This document shows positions 19,737 through 36,473 of a DNA stretch of 48,660 nucleotides, one piece after another. The stretch's first letter is position 1. Each line of letters starts with the position of its first letter. The DNA comes from Candidatus Poseidoniia archaeon (GTDB taxonomy: Archaea; Thermoplasmatota; Poseidoniia; MGIII; CG-Epi1): the NCBI GenBank assembly GCA_022449785.1, contig JAKURQ010000004.1, positions 1 through 48,660 on the forward strand, read 5' to 3'. Under the pieces are notes generated by a model, which was given only the letters and a program-made list of their open reading frames with translations, was not told the DNA's origin and searched no databases. The position numbers and the translations under genes were made by a program.

Positions 19737-20507
19737 ATGAAATCCTTGTCAGATATGCCTTTAGAAAATGTTACAAGAGTTAAGGCATTACTATTTGATT
19801 TGGATGGCACCTTTGTGAGCAGTGGTTTTATTGGAAGTAAAGCATACAAGGGCCTTGAAAATCTTCATAAGTCTGGAATAAAAACTATAGCTGTAACTGG
19901 TAGACCTGCAGGTTGGTGTGATTTAATGGCTCGCTGGTGGCCAATTAATGCAGTGGTTGGAGAAAATGGAGCATTTGTTTATTCAAAAATAGGCAGTGAG
20001 GTTCTAAGGCAAACTTTTCATGATATGGATTTACTCTCAGATTATCAAAAAAAGCTAAATATATTGTTTGGAAAATTATTGAAAAAGCATCCATATCTTA
20101 AATTGGCCTCCGACCAATCATTTAGGCACTGGGATCTCGCAGTAGACATAGCTGAAGAGGCAACAGTTTCAAGGGAAGTTGCCATAGATATAGTGAAATT
20201 TTGTGAAGCAGAAGGTGCTAAAGCTGCTATATCAAATATTCATGTAAATATTTGGTTTGGAGACTATAATAAAGAAAATATGGCTCTCAATGTTTTAGAT
20301 AATTATGGTTTGACCAAAGAGGACTGTATGTATATTGGAGATTCTCCAAATGATTCACCCATGTTTGGTTGTTTTCCACTATCTGTAGGAGTTAGTTCAG
20401 TTCTAAATTATAGAGATATAATGGAAAATTTACCCACATACATTACAGATTCAGATGGAGCAAATGGTTTTATTGAATTAGTTGACCTTATTTTCTCGAC
20501 CAAGTGA
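19737..20507 (+). CDS. HAD superfamily hydrolase, subfamily IIB (Cof-like sugar phosphatase)
   Basis: 256 aa. HAD motifs are present: LFDLDGT, VTGRP and GDSPNDSPMF. Confidence 0.8.
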   Translation: MKSLSDMPLENVTRVKALLFDLDGTFVSSGFIGSKAYKGLENLHKSGIKTIAVTGRPAGWCDLMARWWPINAVVGENGAFVYSKIGSEVLRQTFHDMDLLSDYQKKLNILFGKLLKKHPYLKLASDQSFRHWDLAVDIAEEATVSREVAIDIVKFCEAEGAKAAISNIHVNIWFGDYNKENMALNVLDNYGLTKEDCMYIGDSPNDSPMFGCFPLSVGVSSVLNYRDIMENLPTYITDSDGANGFIELVDLIFSTK

Positions 20508-20967
20508 CACCTCTTTGATTCTGATAATTCCCACTTCTTTCGGAATACAATGATGCAGCAGGTCCAGTCATCATTTCAAAAACCATTTGTGCAAAAGTTT
20601 CCCCTGTGCTCAGTTTTACATCTTCATCACCAGAGTTAAATCCTAAAAGTGTAAGAGTCCCGTTAAATCCTGAGTCAATTTTTCCAAAACTACATGCAAT
20701 ACCCTTTCTTGCCCAACTAGTTCTCAACCACAGTTGTGCACACACATTTGGACCACATGCAATCCTTTCTTTTGTAGATACTGCAAATCTTTTACCAGCA
20801 GGAATAATCAATCCACCTTCATTTGCTTTAGGTCCATTCGGTATTTCGATTTCTTTTATCGTTAAGTCATATCCATTTGGAGTGAGGTTATCCGAATTGA
20901 ATGGATCTATCTCTATTTCTCCTACATCTAGTGCAGATAGTATAGCTTCATCTGATAATATAGTCAT
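20488..20967 (-). CDS. dcd: dCTP deaminase / dUTPase-fold enzyme
   Basis: 159 aa. The N-terminus (ILSDEAILSAL...IEIDPF...LTPNGYDLT) and the core (IDSGFNGTLTL) are typical of Dcd. Confidence 0.85.
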   Translation of the reverse strand: MTILSDEAILSALDVGEIEIDPFNSDNLTPNGYDLTIKEIEIPNGPKANEGGLIIPAGKRFAVSTKERIACGPNVCAQLWLRTSWARKGIACSFGKIDSGFNGTLTLLGFNSGDEDVKLSTGETFAQMVFEMMTGPAASLYSERSGNYQNQRGVTWSRK

Positions 20968-20970
20968 TTA

Positions 20971-22245
20971 CTATTCTCGTATTTCGGATAAGAATTTTTC
21001 AGCCACATCAGCTCGAACAGTACCAGACCTCTTGAGCATCTCAGCTACTTTATCAATTTCTCCACCCTTTGCACCAGCTTGCACTGCTAAATTCCTAGCA
21101 TGTAGCCCCATATGTCCTCTCTGAATGCCTTCAGAAGCTAAAGCCCTCAATGCACCTAGATTTTGACATAATCCTACAGCACAAATCACCTGTGACAATT
21201 CAGCAGCACCTCCTGGAATCTTAACATCTAATATTTTGACACAAGCTTTTGCAGTAGGGTGTGTTGCTGTTGCACCACCAACTAACCCTACAGCCATTGG
21301 AATTTCTATTGTTCCCTCTAAATCACCATTTTCCGTTTTCTTCCAATTAGTAAACGAATCATGCCCTTCCTTCCATTGTCCATAAGTGTGCGCTCCAGAT
21401 TCGATAGCTCGCCAATCATTTCCAGTAGCTATCACAACAGGATCTATTCCATTCATTATTCCTTTATTGTGTGTAGCAACTCTGAAAGGGTCTGCACACG
21501 CAAATGCAAAAGCCTCGATGATTCCATCAACCACCTCTTCTCCACCAAGGAATTCAGCAGGCCAAACGGCCGTTGCTCTGGTTTTTCTATAAATTGCAAG
21601 ATTTGAGATAATTCGAAGGTATACTCTTCCTCCAGTTATAGTTTCTAATCTTGGAGCTACAGCCTCAGCCATAGTATTCACAGCATTAGCTCCCATTGCG
21701 TCACGACAATCTACTAAGAGATGAGTTATTACCATCGGACCGGTGTCTGAATCTAGAACTCTAACTTCTATACCCTTGCACCCTCCTCCAAACTTCACAA
21801 GAATAGGATCTTGTTCATTTGCTAATTTAACAAGTTCTTCCTTTTTTTCAATGATTTGTTCTTTGGCCTTAAATGGGTCATCTAAGTTTACTAACTGTAT
21901 CTGCCCAATCATAATAGGATCATCTGAATCAGCACTAATACCTCCAGTTTTCCTAGTTCCTTTGGCCATGTGTGTCGCTGCAGCCACGACTGAGGGTTCT
22001 TCAACAGCCATTGGAACCATATATTCTTTCTTATTAACCATAAAATTTGCAGCAATACCTAATGGTAACGGGAAAGTTCCAACAACATTCTCAATCATTC
22101 TGTTTGCCGTTTCTTCACCTAGCGCACCGTAGCCGCCAATTGCATTAGTTTCCTCCTCAGAAAGGTTGGCAAATTTTTTAACGTATTCTAACCTTTCAGA
22201 TGGTTTTTTTTTGTAAAAGCCAGGCACTTCTGAACTCGAAGTCAT
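20971..22245 (-). CDS. hmgA: hydroxymethylglutaryl-CoA reductase (class II-like)
   Basis: 424 aa. Its motifs ENVVGTFPLPLGIA, MAVEEPSVVAA, DAMGANAVN and GTIEIPMAVGLVGG are typical of soluble class II HMGR. Confidence 0.92.
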   Translation of the reverse strand: MTSSSEVPGFYKKKPSERLEYVKKFANLSEEETNAIGGYGALGEETANRMIENVVGTFPLPLGIAANFMVNKKEYMVPMAVEEPSVVAAATHMAKGTRKTGGISADSDDPIMIGQIQLVNLDDPFKAKEQIIEKKEELVKLANEQDPILVKFGGGCKGIEVRVLDSDTGPMVITHLLVDCRDAMGANAVNTMAEAVAPRLETITGGRVYLRIISNLAIYRKTRATAVWPAEFLGGEEVVDGIIEAFAFACADPFRVATHNKGIMNGIDPVVIATGNDWRAIESGAHTYGQWKEGHDSFTNWKKTENGDLEGTIEIPMAVGLVGGATATHPTAKACVKILDVKIPGGAAELSQVICAVGLCQNLGALRALASEGIQRGHMGLHARNLAVQAGAKGGEIDKVAEMLKRSGTVRADVAEKFLSEIRE

Positions 22246-22284
22246 AAATGGTTAAGCGAGTATTCCTTAAAGGTAGTTGCTTGA

Positions 22285-25200
22285 TTAAAGAGGAGAATCT
22301 CCGAGCGTACCGCAATGTGGGCACATTACTTCCTTGTCCTCATCTAGTACTTCGAACTCCTTCATACATCCTTTTTCACAAATGAACATCAATTGTCTAG
22401 AAAATTGGCTCCCAGCAACTACACTGAATGTTTCTGTTTTTTCTTCAGAAACTATTTCAGGCTGGTCACTATCATAGTCGTCTACTGGAATTAAAATTGG
22501 CCCTTCCACCTCTGCGTCATTCTTTCCTCTAATCAGTCGAGATGCTCCAAAGATTGCAATTGATCCTAGTATAACTGCTACGATTCCATAGACATATATG
22601 TCGTTTGATTCTTTTGGTTCAGCTTCAATGACGTTATTTACTTCAGCTTCAATAATAACACGTATGTGCTCATCCTTCATATTTGGATTAGTATAACCCA
22701 TTCTGTCAACAGAGACAATACGATAATAATGAAATCCAGCGCTTAAATTTGTCACTTTGTAACTTAGGGAATTCGGATTAGTATAATCTATATTTTGAAG
22801 AACTTCCCAAGGCATGCTGAAATTATCTTTACTTTCCACTACAAAACCTACTGCACCCTCAGGTCGTTCCCAAGTAATTGTAACATTATTTCGATCTTCT
22901 ATTGTAAAATCAACCTCTTCAACAGGATTCGGAGGTGTAATATCAATAGTAGTAGTCAAATCAAAACTTTTGAAAATTAAATTTATAGATGAATTCATAG
23001 GAGGTTTGTAACCATCCTCTCCATCACCAAATATCACCTCTGCTTCTGCATAGTCTATCCAATATTGGTTAGCCTTCATAGCAGTTAAGTCCATTCCAGT
23101 ATATTCTTCTAAATTCTTCTCAAAGATTCCATCTCCATTCTCATCAACTGTTATTTCCATGTTACGCAGTTTTCCAATCATTATTGGTTTAAGAGGTGTG
23201 ACAGGTAGTTCAATCTTTTCAGTAGTATTTGTATCAATAAATACAGTATATTGGTATGGTTCTCTCGAATAATCATTTCCAGCCAAGTCAACCGGATTTG
23301 CTCTGAAATAGTAGGTATATCCGTCAATTAAAGGTCCAATTAGAATTTCATCATCATTCCATTCAGATTCTATAGGTATCCATTCTAGAATATCTTCACT
23401 ATTTTCTAATAATCGAGCGTATTCTAAGCTAATTTGGCTTAAATTTTCACTCTGCATTTTGACTGTGACAATTAATTCATTTGATCCTGTTAATTCGTTT
23501 ATAGGAGTCAACATTAAATCAGGTTTCAATCTATCAAATGTTATAATTACATCTGTGTCTTTTACTTCTTTGTTTCCAGCAAAATCTATAGTGCGTGAGC
23601 GAATCTCAAATTGAGCATCATCAGCAGGTGAAAACCAATATTCACCAGGTGCCGTAAATGAACCAAAATCGTTCCAAGTTTGGTTGCCAACAATCCGATA
23701 TTCGATTAAATATGCTTGGATGTCTGCAGTGTCATTTGCTTTCCACTGAATAGTCACCCCGTCAAGATTTGTAAATTCCAAATCACCTTCAACAATCCAA
23801 AGTGTTGATTTTGGTAGTTCTAAATCAATTCTCATTTCAGTATCGTATGTTCCTTTATTTTCTATATTTCCATTTGTGTCTACTGCAATAGATTTAAACC
23901 GATATGTTAACCCTGCATTACCAGTAAAGTTTACAGTTTCTTGTTCATAGAATCCTAGAAGAGTCCAATCTCCTAAAATATTTCCATCTTTTTCTAAGTA
24001 ATAGATATAATATCCTTCCAAATCTTCGAAATCAGAAATACTTCTCCATTTAACTTCAAAAGTAGAACTATTACGGTAGAATCCTTCCTCCAGAACTCTA
24101 GATGTTGGCGCAGTAGCGTCTAAGTAGATTGGTATGTCAATAGTTTGGGTTTTGTATCCCCATAGGTTTGCTTGTGGGAATGTTATAATTATCTCCTGGT
24201 CAAACCATTGAGTGTTTTGTGGATTGGAAACAACACTTGCAATAATGTTAGGACCTTGATTTAGGTAATTCAAGTAAATTTGGAATTCATCGTTCCAGTA
24301 ATCAGCACCATGGCCATCGCCTATGTCCATATCTCCAAAAACATAGGCTCCATTGATGTAATAGTCACCGTAGTTATTTGTGGCTACATTTATGCTCATG
24401 AATCCACCCTCATATAGACTAATGTCAGGGATATCAACAATATGGCGGAAATAGGCATAGTTATCACCTTCCCAGAAAGTGTTGTAGTCTATTCCATCAA
24501 CGTCGGAGTCACCGAAGGGAGTACTACCATTTTTCCAATTTGTATCATTGAAGCTTAATTTAGTCCAATTAATATTGTCGTACAATTCATCATGAGTAGT
24601 AGAATTAATCCATCTCCAGTCTACTGCCCCGTATGAACCTCTTTGTAGTAGTGTTGTTGTAGTTACAAAATTGTATTGACTTTCAGTTGTTATAGATAAA
24701 TTGTAATATCCATCCTCGAAAGAATCTGGTAAAGTTGCCGTTACAATCACCATTTTAGTTTCATTTGGTTCTATAAGGAAATTATTGGGTGTAAACATGA
24801 CATTCCAATTGTTAAATAGGTTCTCATCGGCTGAAAGAGTTACATTATCAACTAAATCACCAGTATTCTGTACTTGTATTATTTTGGTCAGAGATCTACT
24901 TTGATTTACAATGAGAATATCATTGTTAATTGTAGATTCTAAAGAGTAGACGACTGTAGTCAAATTTAGTGTATATTCGTTATTGCTTAAGTTTGAATCA
25001 CTACAATTACATGTCACTTTGACATTTAAATGATTAAGTCCAATTTCAGCAGGTGTCCATTCTAGCCAAGAAAATCCATAACCATCTGCAGGTATAGTAT
25101 CATAAAAAATATTCTTGATTAATGTGTCATTTGAAGTAATATTTAGGTTAAATTCATTTACCTCTGTATCTCCCTTATTTCCTCCAGTTATTCCAACTAA

Positions 25201-25881
25201 AACAGTGTCCCCAAATATTACAGATTCATTTGTAGGTTCGAATACTTGCGCTCTTATTTGTAAATCAATCCATTGTCTATTGCTACTACCCCATCCTCCA
25301 ACATAATCACGAGCATATACAGCAAGTACATTCTCACCTTGAGTGAATGTAGAAGGAGTTATTGTTCCTCCAGCATCGTCATTCCAATATTCCTGTGCTC
25401 GACTATTCCCTCCTCGCTCATCATAAATCATATTCCCATTTAAGTAAGGTGTACAAAAATTTGCAACGGCTACATCAATTTCAGCAGAGGTCACGATTCC
25501 GGAAACTTGGAATTTGTGTCTTATTAGTATAATATCATCATTATAAGGAGAACTACCAGAAGTATCCCAATCAGTATTTGGATCGACACCATCAGAGGAT
25601 CTATCACCAAACGGAGCGGCACTCAGCAACCATCCTGAATCATTGAAATTAGATTCAAACCAGTTATCAGGAGCTTCAGAATAATCATCTAAAATCAAGT
25701 ACCTATAGTATGTTGCGTTGTCTCTACCGCTCTGAACTAGTATTTTACTTTCAGTGCTGTCTGCAGAATATAGAATTTCATCTATGTAGGGATCAGCTTC
25801 AGAAATGGCGTTGTCATTGACTAAAATCATGGCACCTAAGACTGCCATAAAAATTGCAATAATCCCTAATCTCCGTTTCAT
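22285..25881 (-). CDS. giant type-I membrane surface protein: two jelly-roll modules, Ig/CARDB-like and FN3-like repeats, single TM, cytoplasmic zinc-ribbon tail
   Basis: 1198 aa with an N-terminal signal/anchor. Two paralogous modules are present (NDSGWxxxxAPFGD... and NDTNWxxGSTPFGD...). The repeats are beta-rich with the D.AGN/D.NGN signatures of FN3-like domains. The TM helix is IYVYGIVAVILGSIAIFGASRLI, 104 aa from the end. The tail ends CEKGC...CPHC. Confidence 0.8.
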   Translation of the reverse strand: MKRRLGIIAIFMAVLGAMILVNDNAISEADPYIDEILYSADSTESKILVQSGRDNATYYRYLILDDYSEAPDNWFESNFNDSGWLLSAAPFGDRSSDGVDPNTDWDTSGSSPYNDDIILIRHKFQVSGIVTSAEIDVAVANFCTPYLNGNMIYDERGGNSRAQEYWNDDAGGTITPSTFTQGENVLAVYARDYVGGWGSSNRQWIDLQIRAQVFEPTNESVIFGDTVLVGITGGNKGDTEVNEFNLNITSNDTLIKNIFYDTIPADGYGFSWLEWTPAEIGLNHLNVKVTCNCSDSNLSNNEYTLNLTTVVYSLESTINNDILIVNQSRSLTKIIQVQNTGDLVDNVTLSADENLFNNWNVMFTPNNFLIEPNETKMVIVTATLPDSFEDGYYNLSITTESQYNFVTTTTLLQRGSYGAVDWRWINSTTHDELYDNINWTKLSFNDTNWKNGSTPFGDSDVDGIDYNTFWEGDNYAYFRHIVDIPDISLYEGGFMSINVATNNYGDYYINGAYVFGDMDIGDGHGADYWNDEFQIYLNYLNQGPNIIASVVSNPQNTQWFDQEIIITFPQANLWGYKTQTIDIPIYLDATAPTSRVLEEGFYRNSSTFEVKWRSISDFEDLEGYYIYYLEKDGNILGDWTLLGFYEQETVNFTGNAGLTYRFKSIAVDTNGNIENKGTYDTEMRIDLELPKSTLWIVEGDLEFTNLDGVTIQWKANDTADIQAYLIEYRIVGNQTWNDFGSFTAPGEYWFSPADDAQFEIRSRTIDFAGNKEVKDTDVIITFDRLKPDLMLTPINELTGSNELIVTVKMQSENLSQISLEYARLLENSEDILEWIPIESEWNDDEILIGPLIDGYTYYFRANPVDLAGNDYSREPYQYTVFIDTNTTEKIELPVTPLKPIMIGKLRNMEITVDENGDGIFEKNLEEYTGMDLTAMKANQYWIDYAEAEVIFGDGEDGYKPPMNSSINLIFKSFDLTTTIDITPPNPVEEVDFTIEDRNNVTITWERPEGAVGFVVESKDNFSMPWEVLQNIDYTNPNSLSYKVTNLSAGFHYYRIVSVDRMGYTNPNMKDEHIRVIIEAEVNNVIEAEPKESNDIYVYGIVAVILGSIAIFGASRLIRGKNDAEVEGPILIPVDDYDSDQPEIVSEEKTETFSVVAGSQFSRQLMFICEKGCMKEFEVLDEDKEVMCPHCGTLGDSPL

Positions 25882-25967
25882 GGTCCTTATCGATAATCAT
25901 GCACTATTTTAAAGTATGATATAGGTAGGAACCCCTTTATTATCCCTCTTTAGTAACGCCATATACT

Positions 25968-30082
<4,115 letters not shown>

Positions 30083-30084
30083 AT

Positions 30085-30741
30085 TCAGAAGAGTTTGGCT
30101 GCTGTTAGAAATATTCTATGCTCAGGGTAATTTTCGCAATGCTGGTAGGCGTATGAGACACGGATTGTACCTGATTTATCTATTAAGAATTCTCCGGGAG
30201 ATAACCACGGATTATCAACAAGGGGGCGGTTTATGGCGCGACGAGCTTTTTGAAACTCGAGTCCAACCTCTTTCGAATGGCACCATGTTTCTTCAGGAGC
30301 ACTGTAAAGAATCTGTTCGATACCAAAATTTGAAAGTCCAAAAGCGCTGTAGGATTTGAAATCCGGATCACAAAGAATGGTACATTCGATATTATGTTCT
30401 TCCTTGTATGCAGCTGCCCTTTCAGGTTCAGCCTGACCAATAATGACAGGATTAATGCCGGCAGTAAGGTAGTCTGAGTATTCTTCTTTTAATCTTGCTG
30501 CACGATCAACTCCACATCCGCAACCAAAGTGCCGCCAAAACATCAATAGTGCAGGACCTTCAGACCAGAGTGAGGACAGTTGGCATGAAGCTCCTGTGTG
30601 ATCGAGTAGTTTGAGGTCTGGTGCACTAGTGCCAGTCTCTAGGAGTTTAGATCTCTTGTCACCAGGTCCAGCTATCCAAGTTTCAAGCCATTCCTTTTCA
30701 GCAGCTTCAGTAAGTTTATCGGGTTTGTAATCATCGCTCAT
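30085..30741 (-). CDS. thioredoxin-fold peroxiredoxin-like (AhpC/TSA family) protein
   Basis: 218 aa. It has LLMFWRHFGCGCGVDRAARL, a redox-active Cys motif in the position typical of the PRX-like family. Confidence 0.65.
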   Translation of the reverse strand: MSDDYKPDKLTEAAEKEWLETWIAGPGDKRSKLLETGTSAPDLKLLDHTGASCQLSSLWSEGPALLMFWRHFGCGCGVDRAARLKEEYSDYLTAGINPVIIGQAEPERAAAYKEEHNIECTILCDPDFKSYSAFGLSNFGIEQILYSAPEETWCHSKEVGLEFQKARRAINRPLVDNPWLSPGEFLIDKSGTIRVSYAYQHCENYPEHRIFLTAAKLF

Positions 30742-30773
30742 GAAAGACGAATACTCTAGTTTAATTTAAGACT

Positions 30774-30995
30774 TCAGGCTTCCTCATCCGGCTTGTCTTC
30801 CTCTTTTCTGAAGATACCTTTCCCAGATAACTTAAGCCAGATAATATACAAAATGAATATTGACCAAGGAATAGCTACGGCAACAACTTCACCAAAATAC
30901 TCCAGTGAAATGAAATAAATTACTGGCTGCATAATAGCTATGAATAACAAGAATGGTTTGTTTTCCATTATATTTGCCATATTTTTAATCTTCAA
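30774..30995 (-). CDS. small membrane protein (2 TM), hypothetical
   Basis: 73 aa with two hydrophobic helices and a charged C-terminus. The start could be the internal M at codon 6 or 10, which would remove the overlap with the upstream gene. Confidence 0.45.
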   Translation of the reverse strand: MKIKNMANIMENKPFLLFIAIMQPVIYFISLEYFGEVVAVAIPWSIFILYIIWLKLSGKGIFRKEEDKPDEEA

Positions 30996-31215
30996 ATCGT
31001 TTCTTTGTTGATTTTATCGTTTCACCAGCTGAAATTAATGCTTCTCCAGTAGCTTCTACGAGATCTCCTACTTTATCGGTAGCTCCTTCAGCCTGTTCTG
31101 AAGCCTTTTGCGCAATTTCCTTCGACATATCAGAAACTTTTTGTGCAAGAAATTTCAAGTCTTCTAGTGCTTCATCCAGTCCCAAAGATATTTTGGATTT
31201 TTTGTCATCAGACAT
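30985..31215 (-). CDS. small helical hydrophilic protein, hypothetical
   Basis: 76 aa. It is Ala/Glu/Lys-rich and predicted amphipathic helical. I did not recognise a family. Confidence 0.45.
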   Translation of the reverse strand: MSDDKKSKISLGLDEALEDLKFLAQKVSDMSKEIAQKASEQAEGATDKVGDLVEATGEALISAGETIKSTKKRFED

Positions 31216-31251
31216 ACTTTACCAAAATACAGCACATAATTAAATCTGCGC

Positions 31252-33765
<2,514 letters not shown>

Positions 33766-33886
33766 TGAATAACCTCCTGTGTCGATTGGTGGCCGATATT
33801 TAACTTTTGTTTATCATTTTCAAATAGGCATTAATCTAATATACTTGGCTCCGATAAACATACGTTTTACTTCCTGGAGGGAGTTT

Positions 33887-34519
33887 TTGGTAGAGAAAGA
33901 ATTGAAAAAAGGTACGACCACAGTGGGTCTTGTTTGCAAAGATGGTGTAGTATTAGCTACAGAGATGAGAGCTACTATGGGTAATCTTATAGGTCATAAG
34001 ACTACGCAGAAGCTTTTCAAAATTTCAGATAATATGGGCCTTACAGTTGCAGGATTAGTAGGCGATGCACAAATGCTTGCCCGGTGGTTATCTGCAGAAG
34101 TAAAACTTTATGAATTGAAACACGGCACACAAATGTCTCTCAAAGCCGCTTCAACATTGATGGCCAATATAATGAATGGTCGAAGATATATGCCATTCTG
34201 GGTTCAACTTCTTTTGGGAGGTACAGATTCAGAAGGTTCACATGTTTATTCTTTAGACGCCGCCGGAGGTTCTATACCTGATAAATTCCAGACTACAGGT
34301 TCAGGTTCTCCTTTCGTATATGGGGTTTTAGAGGATCGTTTTAAGGAGAATATGTCTGTTGCAGAGGGTAAAAAGCTTGGAGTTAGAGCTTTAACTGCAG
34401 CGATGAAAAGAGATTCAGCATCAGGAGATGGAATTTCAATGTGTGTAATTGATTCTAAAGGTTTCCAAAAGGTATCCGAAGAGGAAATCAAAAAAATTGA
34501 GACTACTTTGGCAGATTAA
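33887..34519 (+). CDS. psmB: proteasome beta subunit
   Basis: It has a short propeptide, then the catalytic GTTTVG N-terminus and an Ntn-hydrolase core. The start is placed at TTG 33887, 6 nt after GGAGG (33876-33880). The track's longer N-terminal extension is hydrophobic, non-conserved-looking sequence in the promoter region. Confidence 0.88.
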   Translation: MVEKELKKGTTTVGLVCKDGVVLATEMRATMGNLIGHKTTQKLFKISDNMGLTVAGLVGDAQMLARWLSAEVKLYELKHGTQMSLKAASTLMANIMNGRRYMPFWVQLLLGGTDSEGSHVYSLDAAGGSIPDKFQTTGSGSPFVYGVLEDRFKENMSVAEGKKLGVRALTAAMKRDSASGDGISMCVIDSKGFQKVSEEEIKKIETTLAD

Positions 34520-34550
34520 AACCTGACCAATAAAAGCCCGGAGGCCAAAA

Positions 34551-36473
34551 ATGGCCGTAGAAGACGTAATTAAATTAGTAAAAAAAGTCGCGACAGAAGT
34601 CATACCAGACAGCATAGCTTTTACAGATGTAAAGGTTGAAGCTTCAAATGTCGTTTTGTACACTCCAAATGTTGAAATCTTTTCAGATAATAATGATTTG
34701 ATTAGAACTCTTGCACAGAAAGTCAGAAAAAGAATCGTGATTAAAGCAGACCCTAGTGTTAGAAAACCAATAATATCAGCTAAACAGAAACTGGAGGAAA
34801 TTTTACCAGACGATGCAGAAGTTGTGGATGTTAAATTTGATGAAGTAAATGGTGATGTTATTATTGAGGCTGTAAATCCTGGAAGGGCTATAGGAAAACA
34901 TGGAGTTGTTTTAAACAAAGTGAGACGTGAGATTGGTTGGAATCCTGTAGTTGTTCGTTCAGCCCCTATGGAGTCACGTACGCTTAAAGAAATCAGAAAT
35001 TATATGCTAGATGAGAAAATTGCTGAAGGTCGTAAAAAGTTTTTGACAAAGGTTGGTAAGAAAGTATTCAGAGATACTATTGATGGGGAACAACACGTTC
35101 GTGTTACAGCACTCGGAGGATATAGAGAAGTTGGCCGTTCTTGCCATTTATTGATGACAAAAGACAGCAAAGTGTTGGTAGATTGTGGGTTTAACCCTGG
35201 TAATGAAAAAGAGCCAAGTCCATTCCTAAGTTCACCAGAAGTCACTCCTTTGGAAGGAATAGATGCCGTGGTCTTGACACACGCTCACTTAGATCATTCT
35301 GCTCTTCTTCCAATGCTATTTGTTTATGGCTATGATGGTCCAATATACTGTACGCCACCAACAAGAGAATTATCATCCCTTCTACAAAATGATTTTATTA
35401 AGATTCAGAATGCAGAAGGAAAAAGAGTCCCATACAACACAGAACACATTCGTCAGGCAATTAGGAATACTATTCCACTAAATTATGGCGATACAACTGA
35501 TGTTTCTCCTGATTTGAAATTGACATTTCATAATTCGGGACATATTTTAGGTTCCGCTGCAGCTCACTTTCATGTTGGTGATGGCTTATACAATCTAGTT
35601 TTCTCAGGAGACATTAAGTTTGAGAATACATGGTTATTTGACAGAGCAGTAAACCATTTCCCACGCCTTGAGGCACTAATTATGGAATCAACATATGGCG
35701 GATATAATGATTTTCAACCACCAAGAGATGAGGGTACTAGGAATCTGACTGAAATTATTAATCGGACAGTTGAAAAGAAAGGAAAGATAATAATTCCAGT
35801 TTTTGCAGTTGGTCGTTCTCAGGAAGTAATGCTAGTCTTAGAAAAAGCATTTTCAGAAGGTAAATTACAGGATACTCCTGTTTATCTTGACGGTATGATA
35901 TGGGAAGCAACTGCCTTACATTCTGCTTATCCCGAATATTTGAACAACAATTTACGAAATAAAATATATCAGAATCAAGACAATCCTTTCAGATCTGAGA
36001 TTTTCAATAAAGTTGAAAGCGTTGAAATGAGACAACAAATTTGTGGCATGGAAGAGCCAGCTATAGTTCTAGCCACTTCAGGTATGGTTAATGGAGGTCC
36101 AGTAATGGAATATATTCGTCATTGGGCACCCGAACCAAACAACACAATGGTTTTCGTAGGTTATCAAGCATCTGGAACAATGGGACAGAGGTTGCAACAA
36201 GGAGCAAATGAAATTCATTTACACGATAGAGAGAATGGCGGTATGGTCCCAGTAAAAGTCAATATGAATCTTGAAACTTGTGAGGGTTTTTCTGGTCACA
36301 GTGATAAAAGACAATTAATGCGGTATTTGCGAACGATTAGACCTAGACCAAAGATAGTATTATTGAATCATGGAGATGCACAAAAGTGTGAACAATTTGC
36401 AAATGACATCAGGCGTAAAGTTAGATTAGACGCTCGAGTACCTCATAATTTAGAAACAATCAGGTTTATGTAA
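34551..36473 (+). CDS. aCPSF1: KH-domain beta-CASP metallo-beta-lactamase ribonuclease
   Basis: 640 aa. It has N-terminal KH-like domains, the MBL motif THAHLDHSA, and beta-CASP and C-terminal motifs (GFSGHSD, NHGD). It shows the conserved archaeal psmB-aCPSF1 adjacency. GGAGG lies upstream. Confidence 0.92.
   Translation: MAVEDVIKLVKKVATEVIPDSIAFTDVKVEASNVVLYTPNVEIFSDNNDLIRTLAQKVRKRIVIKADPSVRKPIISAKQKLEEILPDDAEVVDVKFDEVNGDVIIEAVNPGRAIGKHGVVLNKVRREIGWNPVVVRSAPMESRTLKEIRNYMLDEKIAEGRKKFLTKVGKKVFRDTIDGEQHVRVTALGGYREVGRSCHLLMTKDSKVLVDCGFNPGNEKEPSPFLSSPEVTPLEGIDAVVLTHAHLDHSALLPMLFVYGYDGPIYCTPPTRELSSLLQNDFIKIQNAEGKRVPYNTEHIRQAIRNTIPLNYGDTTDVSPDLKLTFHNSGHILGSAAAHFHVGDGLYNLVFSGDIKFENTWLFDRAVNHFPRLEALIMESTYGGYNDFQPPRDEGTRNLTEIINRTVEKKGKIIIPVFAVGRSQEVMLVLEKAFSEGKLQDTPVYLDGMIWEATALHSAYPEYLNNNLRNKIYQNQDNPFRSEIFNKVESVEMRQQICGMEEPAIVLATSGMVNGGPVMEYIRHWAPEPNNTMVFVGYQASGTMGQRLQQGANEIHLHDRENGGMVPVKVNMNLETCEGFSGHSDKRQLMRYLRTIRPRPKIVLLNHGDAQKCEQFANDIRRKVRLDARVPHNLETIRFM

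Noticed and set aside
20606-21124. 172-aa + strand ORF spanning the dcd/hmgA junction.
   Set aside because: It is antisense to two confidently identified genes. The translation is Ser/Pro-rich low complexity.
15121-25881. Repetitive DNA within the two giant genes, considered as a possible CRISPR array or mobile repeats.
   Set aside because: The repeats are in frame and diverged, and they correspond to PKD, FN3 and jelly-roll protein domains. There is no short direct-repeat and spacer periodicity and no flanking cas or transposase genes.
33779-33886. 36-codon N-terminal extension of psmB in the track.
   Set aside because: It is hydrophobic, non-proteasome-like sequence in the divergent promoter region. 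GGAGG plus TTG at 33887 gives a normal short propeptide before GTTTVG.
34436-34918. 160-aa minus-strand ORF across the psmB/aCPSF1 boundary.
   Set aside because: It is antisense to two conserved genes. The translation is Ser/Thr/Phe-rich with no recognisable features.
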